Positions 58,115 to 64,000 of a stretch of DNA of 64,000 nt are shown here, in pieces (the first letter of the stretch is position 1; each line of letters starts with the position of its first letter). The notes beneath the pieces are model-generated. The model had not been told where the DNA came from, made no database searches, and saw only the letters and a program-made list of their open reading frames with translations. The translations under genes were made by a program, and so were the position numbers. Source of the DNA: a virus; IMG/VR virus record IMGVR_UViG_3300009509_000008, positions 24,032 to 88,031 of that record. One strand, 5' to 3'.

Positions 58115-58263
58115 GCTCTTACCAGCGCTGAGAAGCCAACGCTTGAGGTTCCGGCCAGTTCACAGAAACCCGTGTCACGGTACGGAGTATATAGAGTGTG
58201 GGGTGCGCTCAAATACCTACGGACCCCAAAGTGGGTAGTTGTGGTCCGTGACATTGATGACGA

Positions 58264-58289
58264 GGTAAAAAGCCCGTCACTGCGGCTCC
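58264..58289 (-). ncRNA. candidate ~26-nt RNA
   Basis: GGGATAAGATCTAC^G promoter motif (58289-58303) followed directly by an AGCC..GGCT hairpin and TTTTACC. Confidence 0.4.
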
Positions 58290-58313
58290 GTAGATCTTAT
58301 CCCCAAAGAATTA

Positions 58314-58832
58314 TTACTTTTTCTTCCACCAGTCGTCTGACTGGTCACCGACAATTGGGAGTGTCTCGACCGACCCTAACGGGGTGAGCGCCGGATTCGG
58401 AGCTACTAGCTGGGTGAGGATGTCCTCACGCCGTCGAACTGGGTCAAGGCCCTCTTCGTCGAGCTCGTCGTCCTCGTCGACCTGCTCGAGCAGCTGCGGA
58501 GGGGGAGCTGCAGCCTCGGTGAAGAAGTCCTCGGCGAGCTGGAAGATGAGATCCGTGTGTGGGTAGCCGTTGGCAATGGCCTCAAGGTACTCAGTCTGCT
58601 CTCTGTCCCACAGCTCGGGCCGGTTGTGGGCCATCTGGGCGAACTCTTGGGGTGTGATACCCAGTTCGCCGAGGATTCCTGCAAACTGGGTATCCTCTTC
58701 CCTGGGCCTGGCCTGAAGGCTCCTATGGAGCTCGGCCGTGATGGCCCCTTTGGACTTCGGTCTGAGGTATGCCATGAGCTCGAGCAGCCCAGCTCTCTCG
58801 TCTGGTGGTCCTGTGATGAAGCTGCTACTCAT
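58314..58832 (-). CDS. hypothetical acidic protein
   Basis: ATGA overlap; 172 aa. Confidence 0.65.
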   Translation of the reverse strand: MSSSFITGPPDERAGLLELMAYLRPKSKGAITAELHRSLQARPREEDTQFAGILGELGITPQEFAQMAHNRPELWDREQTEYLEAIANGYPHTDLIFQLAEDFFTEAAAPPPQLLEQVDEDDELDEEGLDPVRRREDILTQLVAPNPALTPLGSVETLPIVGDQSDDWWKKK

Positions 58833-59071
58833 CCGGTCCTCTCAGCCAGCCTTCGGTACATCCAGGCGATTCCCTCTGGGTCTGCCTCGGCCTTGAGCTC
58901 CATGCGTGTGCGGTGTTGCTCGACGAGCACCTGGATGAGCTCTGTGATGGTGAAGCGCTTCCCGGTCTTCTCACGAAGTCGGGTAAGCTCCTGGTCAAGG
59001 AAGCGTGCCTGTCTCGCTGGTAGGTGCAGCACGATCTTCCGGGTCTGCTTGAAGTCATTGGTATATGCCAT
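58829..59071 (-). CDS. ribbon-helix-helix-like small protein
   Basis: RKIVLHLPARQARFL...TITELIQVLVE. Confidence 0.5.
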   Translation of the reverse strand: MAYTNDFKQTRKIVLHLPARQARFLDQELTRLREKTGKRFTITELIQVLVEQHRTRMELKAEADPEGIAWMYRRLAERTG

Positions 59072-59621
59072 GATCCCACTCTATGTAGCAGTCGGCCACT
59101 CTTCTGGCCTCCGGCTGTGGTCTGCTCTCCAGCACCTCTGTACGCCGCTCCTTCAGATCCTCACGAATCATGTCGGCTGGGATGCCATAGAAGACAAAGC
59201 TCTCAACCTTGCGATCGAGGTACTCATCTGTTGCTCTACCTGGCCACACGATCATCCACGCCTGATCTGCAGTGGACTCGAAGTAGGATCGCCACTTGTC
59301 GCTGATCAGATACTGCAGCTCCATCCATGTGCGGAGAAACTGGAGGACGTGGGTGAGCTCGTGTAGGACTACTGGGGTGACCTCCATGTCCATTGACCAG
59401 CCACGATCCTTTCCGACGTAGATGGTGCTGCCGATCGTGGTGATGTAGTCATTCATGAACCTCTCCTTCGAGAAGTCTACGACCTTCATCTTGGTCAGAA
59501 CTGATAGTGCCCAGGCTATGATCTGCATAAGCAGAGAGGATTCCTTGTCCCGCACTTTGATGGGGGTGACCGTCTCGGAGAAGTGCACCAAGAACGGCTT
59601 GCGGACCTCACGGTAAGGCAT
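59055..59621 (-). CDS. HEXXH zincin-like protein
   Basis: TTIGSTIY...VLHELTHVLQ...FE; RBS AGGAGGT; TGCTACAAT upstream. Confidence 0.7.
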   Translation of the reverse strand: MPYREVRKPFLVHFSETVTPIKVRDKESSLLMQIIAWALSVLTKMKVVDFSKERFMNDYITTIGSTIYVGKDRGWSMDMEVTPVVLHELTHVLQFLRTWMELQYLISDKWRSYFESTADQAWMIVWPGRATDEYLDRKVESFVFYGIPADMIREDLKERRTEVLESRPQPEARRVADCYIEWDHGIYQ

Positions 59622-59648
59622 GGATCACCTCCTACCTCATTGTAGCAG

Positions 59649-59731
59649 GCTAAGAAGAAAAAAGAGCGTCGGACTCACTCTCCCCTGCTGGGGCCCCCAA
59701 CCTCGAGCATTTCCTGACTTCGGACTTCCGC
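59649..59731 (-). ncRNA. candidate ~83-nt small RNA
   Basis: GTCATAAGATCTTT^G promoter motif (59731-59745); ends AGAGTG-N7-CGCTCT + TTTTTCTTCTTAGC; no credible ORF. Confidence 0.5.
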
Positions 59732-59762
59732 AAAGATCTTATGACGAATTCCCCCCGTTTTT

Positions 59763-59960
59763 TCATTCGGAGTTCACGATGTCGTTGAAGCGCTTCTTCC
59801 TCTCCTTATTTCTCAGCAGCTCCTCATACGCATCGATTGCCGCTTTGCAGAATTCCTCCATGTTGGAGGCTCCGTGGATTACCAGGCCGGCATTGGTCTT
59901 TCCCTGGCTTAGTAATGAAACGAAGCACGTATCCTCTTTCACAATGAATATGCGCTTCAT
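59763..59960 (-). CDS. small hypothetical protein
   Basis: RBS GAGGTG. Confidence 0.55.
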   Translation of the reverse strand: MKRIFIVKEDTCFVSLLSQGKTNAGLVIHGASNMEEFCKAAIDAYEELLRNKERKKRFNDIVNSE

Positions 59961-59972
59961 CTGACCACCTCA

Positions 59973-60338
59973 TCATTGGATCTCCTCATTGTCATCGAAC
60001 CCCTCGTCCTCTACCCCCTTTGTTCCCTTGAAGAGACAGCCAGTGTGTACCTCCCTGATGAGCGCCTGAGCTATGTCGATCTTGAACTGCTCAACCTGCC
60101 TTCTGGTTCTCACGTCTTCTCTCAGTTTGTTGATCGTTCTTCTCAGTCGTCTCTTCACTTCGTTCCCAGACATGTACCACTCCAGCCGATCCTCCTCTGT
60201 GTGGAGGAACACCTCGAGGTTTCCGTTGCTGAGTCCGATGTGAAAGGCAGGACAGAGGTCGCAATGTACGGTAGGATCTACCTGTGCTATCAATTTCGCC
60301 AGTGACTGCTTACTCACTGCCACCTCCCCAAGGAACAT
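59973..60338 (-). CDS. hypothetical protein (CxxC)
   Basis: HCDLCP; the start may be internal, after GGGAGG. Confidence 0.55.
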   Translation of the reverse strand: MFLGEVAVSKQSLAKLIAQVDPTVHCDLCPAFHIGLSNGNLEVFLHTEEDRLEWYMSGNEVKRRLRRTINKLREDVRTRRQVEQFKIDIAQALIREVHTGCLFKGTKGVEDEGFDDNEEIQ

Positions 60339-60388
60339 CGTGGTCTTTGAGAGCTACAATCGATCGATCACAATACCAACACCCTGTT

Positions 60389-60403
60389 GGTATAAGGACT
60401 GTG
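60389..60403 (+). promoter_or_regulatory. putative phage promoter (ATAAG class) inside an inverted repeat
   Basis: GGTATAAGGACTGTG. Confidence 0.55.
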
Positions 60404-60474
60404 ATAGTGGATAGCCCCATCCGGTGTTACCCGTCGATCATTCTAGCTCTGAATTAGATCATAGGAGGATCGAA

Positions 60475-60732
60475 ATGACAAATCTAGTAGTTTGTCAAGC
60501 CTGCGGCGCAAGTATTTATTATTGTTCGCTCGTTGGCCGTGCCTACACTGGGGCGCCTGCGAACGCAGCCGACATGACGCCTGCACACGAGGACATCCCT
60601 CAGCCTCTCGATGAGGATCCGATGGCGTGCCCAAGGTGTGGTGAGCTCTACGGCATCCCAGTAGGAGACAAGGAGATCGTTCTCAAGCTCGAAGACGGGT
60701 CCTACTGGCCCTATCCACCAATGAATATCTGA
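60475..60732 (+). CDS. small Zn-ribbon protein
   Basis: RBS AGGAGG; CQAC...CPRC. Confidence 0.7.
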   Translation: MTNLVVCQACGASIYYCSLVGRAYTGAPANAADMTPAHEDIPQPLDEDPMACPRCGELYGIPVGDKEIVLKLEDGSYWPYPPMNI

Positions 60733-60748
60733 TCTAAAATTTTAGGGG

Positions 60749-60777
60749 TTGACTTCGGAACAAAGCTCGTTCATGAT
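60749..60777 (+). promoter_or_regulatory. sigma70-like promoter
   Basis: TTGACT-N17-CATGAT; preceded by the palindrome CTAAAATTTTAG (60734-60745). Confidence 0.5.
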
Positions 60778-60866
60778 CTGAAGTGATCTAAGAACGATCC
60801 GAATTGCAAAATGATCGATCAACGGAGTCACTCCCCGGACCACATAACCAACCCAAGGAGAGGACT

Positions 60867-61652
60867 ATGACACATCCGGCCGATGCGCTGCGAGAACAGT
60901 TGGCGAAGAGATCAGCAGCATCGAAACAAGAGCAGGCGGGTGAGAAAGCTCCGGCTGAATCCGCCTCAACCGCAACCACGAGCACCAAGGAGGAGACAGT
61001 GCCCACCACAAAGTCCGAGGTCAAGAAGGCCAAGGACCCGAAGAAGGCCAAGGCCGCAAAGGCCCCGGCGAAGAAGAAGAAGGCCCCCGCCAAGAAGGCT
61101 GCCGCAAAGGCAGGGAAGGCGCCGGCCAAGAAGAAGGGCGCCAAGTCGAAGAGCAACGGGAAGCCTGCGCCGGCGAAGAAAGCGAAAGCTCCGGCGAAGA
61201 AGGCTACCAAGGCCAAGGTCGCCAAGCCCAAGGCCAAGGTTGCCAAGAAGTCGACCAAGGCGGCCAGCAAGTCGAACGGGAAGAGCAACGGTGCGTCCAA
61301 AAAGTCGGTGGATGCGAGCAGCTTCGATCGAGATGGAGACGGCCTTCGTCCGATCGAGAAAGATGTCATCGGCGCCATCGCCAAGAACGACGAACCGACG
61401 AGCATAGTGGGCCTGGCCCGCAGGATGTTCGGAGAGAACTGCGGTTCCGAGGGAGCCAACTCGGTGAGGACAATCAGGAATGCCATTCGTGTTCCCGTGC
61501 GCTGTGGCATCCTCGAGTCCGGCGGCCGAGGCAAGATCAAGGTCACCACGGCCTACAAGAGGGCCAAAGGCGATCTGAGCAAGCTCATGATGAACTACAG
61601 GTCTCGCCAGAAGAAGGCGAGGGCCAAAGCCCAAGCAGAGGCCTCTGCCTGA
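60867..61652 (+). CDS. histone H1-like (PAKK-repeat) protein with C-terminal winged-helix-like domain
   Basis: RBS AAGGAG; long K/A/P repeat (KAPAKKK...) then a globular domain. Confidence 0.75.
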   Translation: MTHPADALREQLAKRSAASKQEQAGEKAPAESASTATTSTKEETVPTTKSEVKKAKDPKKAKAAKAPAKKKKAPAKKAAAKAGKAPAKKKGAKSKSNGKPAPAKKAKAPAKKATKAKVAKPKAKVAKKSTKAASKSNGKSNGASKKSVDASSFDRDGDGLRPIEKDVIGAIAKNDEPTSIVGLARRMFGENCGSEGANSVRTIRNAIRVPVRCGILESGGRGKIKVTTAYKRAKGDLSKLMMNYRSRQKKARAKAQAEASA

Positions 61653-61682
61653 CATCGTAATACCCATTCACCTCGAACACTC

Positions 61683-61728
61683 GGCCGGAGGCGGGCCTCA
61701 TCCACTTGCCTCCGGCCCTTTCTTTTTT
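61683..61728 (+). terminator. intrinsic terminator
   Basis: GGCCGGAGGCGGG-N9-CTTGCCTCCGGCC then CTTTCTTTTTT. Confidence 0.8.
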
Positions 61729-61744
61729 GGGAAGGAAAACCACC

Positions 61745-62545
61745 ATGGAATGCGAATTCGTGAAAGCCCGTGACCTACCAGACGCATGGTTTCAGCTTGT
61801 GGAGCTGTGCTACCAGAACGGACGAGACTACCGAGTAGTTGAGGGCTCCTACGCAAACGCCCAGTTCAGGAGGGAGCTAGACTACGTCACAGTCCACATC
61901 ACCCACCCCTACACCAGACCGCTCCTTCCACAAATACCTCCCGGTCTTGGAATTCCGGATCCCGTTCCGGAAGGCATGGACTACGTAGAGAGGTATTTGA
62001 CCTATCTCATGACGGACAAGATCGAGCCGAACGAGCAGTACACGTACGGTTCTCGTCTCGTTGGTGTGACGACAAAGATACTGCGCCACCATCCACCAAC
62101 TGACATGATCGTACAGGATTTCCCGTCACAGGTTGATGAGGTCATTGCCAAGTTCAAGAGAGGATTCGGCAACAATCAGGCGTGCATGACAATCGCACAG
62201 CCTAGTGATATCCACCTCACCGATCCTCCGTGTCTACGTCAGATCGACTGTCGAATCTACGACAGTGAGACCTCAGCGGGGAAGAGGGACCTCGAACATG
62301 TTCATCAGGACGATACAAACCGGCTTCACTTTGTTGTCTATTTCAGGTCCTGGGACCTCTGGGGCGGATTCCCACCAAACCTTGCCGCTGTTGTTCATCT
62401 CCAGGAGTACATGGCTGGCGAGATCGGTGTGGAGCCTGGAGAGCTCATCTGCTCGAGCAAAGGACTCCACCTCTATGACATGTACTGGGAGTTGGCCAGA
62501 ATCAGGCTCGGGGAGAGAGATGGCAGAGAAGAAAGAGGAGACTGA
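61745..62545 (+). CDS. thyA: thymidylate synthase family protein
   Basis: YTYGSRL, DPPCL, YFRSWDLWGGFPPNL, GLHLYD. Confidence 0.85.
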   Translation: MECEFVKARDLPDAWFQLVELCYQNGRDYRVVEGSYANAQFRRELDYVTVHITHPYTRPLLPQIPPGLGIPDPVPEGMDYVERYLTYLMTDKIEPNEQYTYGSRLVGVTTKILRHHPPTDMIVQDFPSQVDEVIAKFKRGFGNNQACMTIAQPSDIHLTDPPCLRQIDCRIYDSETSAGKRDLEHVHQDDTNRLHFVVYFRSWDLWGGFPPNLAAVVHLQEYMAGEIGVEPGELICSSKGLHLYDMYWELARIRLGERDGREERGD

Positions 62546-62936
62546 GCTCGCCCTGGTACCGAACGAGGACGGATCCTACGACCTTGCGGAAGTGAAGAGT
62601 GACGCAGTCGCAGAGCCGAAGGAGAAGCTCAAACCGTGGAAGGTTGGGGTCACCGACAAGGGAGAAGACGTCTGGGCTCCCGTCGCTGGACCGAACGCAC
62701 GCAAGGTCCTTCATCTGAAGATGGATGTCGGCGTCTGCAAGGGCTGTCGCTGCACAGTTCATAAGCGAGCTGCTGCGGTAGATCCGTGGGGTAACGTGTG
62801 GTGTTTTGGGTGTTGGCCCTATGGGTCCTTCACCGATCCCAGGTTCACCGAGCCTCTCCCCGAAGGGATACCTCCGAATGCTGAGCTCCCGCCTCCCAAG
62901 TTTCCAGCGCTTCCGGAGGGTGAGAAAGATGACTGA
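62520..62936 (+). CDS. hypothetical Cys-rich protein
   Basis: ATG 62520 after GGGGAG; CKGC...CFGC. Confidence 0.6.
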   Translation: MAEKKEETELALVPNEDGSYDLAEVKSDAVAEPKEKLKPWKVGVTDKGEDVWAPVAGPNARKVLHLKMDVGVCKGCRCTVHKRAAAVDPWGNVWCFGCWPYGSFTDPRFTEPLPEGIPPNAELPPPKFPALPEGEKDD

Positions 62937-63792
62937 CATGTTGAACGATGACGAAGACATCTTCGGAGAGGTGAGAAAAGACAAGGTTGATCGCCTGATA
63001 GCTCGTGACGATCCCGTCCCAGTGGAGTATTCTGAAAGTCTCCAACTGGCGAAGGAGACGGGGGACATGGCCGGGAAAGAAGATGGGTGGCATCTGGTCG
63101 CTCAAAGACCTATGCGCTGCGAGAATGCTCCACGGGATTGGATCTGCAACGTGGGCACAGAGCACGGTCGAGTGAGCCCGATGAACGGGCTGTGCTACTG
63201 CTCGAACTGCTACATCAAGAAGTTCCCTCAGCTGCACGTAGGGGATCCCGTCGCTACGGCGGAGTACTCAGTGGAGGAGCTCAAGGAGCGAGGAACAATG
63301 GGGCTCTATCAACCGCCTCCGCCCCACATAGCGCCCTGTCCGCTGTGTGGGGTGATCATCGAGTCCTACGAAGAGATAGACAGTAATTCAGAGATGGTTC
63401 ACACAAGATGTCTAAGTCCGAAGGAGCGTGAAGTTCTAACAGACGTAGGCTACAACTCAAGTTTTTTGATAAGAAAGAAGAGGGAAGACCATGCACCCGA
63501 TCGTACAGTGGCTGGCGGATCATCAGATCACGAGTGTCCGGACTGCCGGTGCTCCGAGCAAGACGGCGGAGAGCCCATACAAAGTGCTGGTGAGGAAGAA
63601 GGTCCCCTGGTCGGACAAGGAAGAGGACGTTCCGGTGAACGATCCGGCGAGCGAGGGGTGGACGTTCACTCTGACGAAGCCGGCCAAGGAGCCGAAGCCG
63701 GATCCGAAGAAGCTGATGCCGGAGGTCAAGAAGAAGATGCCGAAGACGACATCAGTGAGGATACAGTTCTTCACACCACCGGGATCAAATAA
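62929..63792 (+). CDS. hypothetical Cys-rich protein; 3' end doubtful
   Basis: RBS GGAGG; CYCSNC, CPLC..HTRC; last ~100 codons overlap the next gene. Confidence 0.5.
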   Translation: MTDMLNDDEDIFGEVRKDKVDRLIARDDPVPVEYSESLQLAKETGDMAGKEDGWHLVAQRPMRCENAPRDWICNVGTEHGRVSPMNGLCYCSNCYIKKFPQLHVGDPVATAEYSVEELKERGTMGLYQPPPPHIAPCPLCGVIIESYEEIDSNSEMVHTRCLSPKEREVLTDVGYNSSFLIRKKREDHAPDRTVAGGSSDHECPDCRCSEQDGGEPIQSAGEEEGPLVGQGRGRSGERSGERGVDVHSDEAGQGAEAGSEEADAGGQEEDAEDDISEDTVLHTTGIK

Positions 63793-63970
63793 GGTTCCAG
63801 GGGTGGAAGACGTAGTCTCTGAGCTCCAAGACGAGTTCGACAAGGCACTCCAGCGTCACGAGGCTGGTCAGGCCGATGCTGCTATGCCCCAACCCTACCT
63901 CGGCAGCATGCTCATTCTTCAGACATGGCTCACAGAACCCATGTTCCGTGAGCTCATGGACATCAGATAG
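63491..63970 (+). CDS. hypothetical protein
   Basis: GAGGG RBS, 159 aa. Confidence 0.6.
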   Translation: MHPIVQWLADHQITSVRTAGAPSKTAESPYKVLVRKKVPWSDKEEDVPVNDPASEGWTFTLTKPAKEPKPDPKKLMPEVKKKMPKTTSVRIQFFTPPGSNKVPGVEDVVSELQDEFDKALQRHEAGQADAAMPQPYLGSMLILQTWLTEPMFRELMDIR

Positions 63971-64000
63971 CCCTGAGGGCGATCAATCTTCAGCCGCAGG

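Noticed and set aside
58172-58387. 71-aa plus-strand ORF
   Set aside because: No RBS; crosses the promoter/terminator motifs and a convergent gene
59675-59710. 11-codon ORF MLEVGGPSRGE in the candidate sRNA
   Set aside because: AGGA lies only 1 nt from the ATG, with no other coding support
1-64000. Frequent CTCGAG, GAGCTC and GATC
   Set aside because: Plausibly explained by preferred CTC, GAG and ATC codons; not counted
1-64000. tRNAs, integrase, introns/inteins, stop-codon reassignment
   Set aside because: None recognised by eye; ORFs tile densely under the standard code using all three stops

Overview
The whole window looks like a 64-kb segment of a large tailed (myovirus-like) dsDNA phage genome, with no host housekeeping genes. 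Left (1-14.5 kb, minus strand): a replication/recombination module with a Cas4/RecB-like nuclease, resolvase, RecA, HU, family A DNA polymerase, zinc-rich SSB candidate, DnaG, DnaB, a probable Sm/Hfq-fold protein, DUF932-like protein, UDG and an SF2 helicase. Middle (14.6-58.1 kb, plus strand): a virion module with portal, a 2059-aa single-chain beta+beta' RNA polymerase, spike, terminase, prohead protease, capsid, neck, sheath and tube, interrupted by small minus-strand islands. Right: small genes, a histone-H1-like protein and thymidylate synthase. Best leads: (1) a recurring intergenic motif GNNATAAGNNNTNY^R (7 sites), five of which pair with a hairpin + TTYTTASC end motif, consistent with a private promoter/terminator code for the phage RNAP; (2) two such units contain no gene and would give about 26-nt and 83-nt RNAs, in a genome that also appears to encode its own Hfq-like protein; (3) a K-x-[A/S/G] motif repeated through about 17 head-region proteins, including a family of small glycine-zipper proteins with an 'FFxEL..KxA' leader, suggesting a protease-site and capsid-targeting code. 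All calls were made by eye from motifs; no searches or counts were run.
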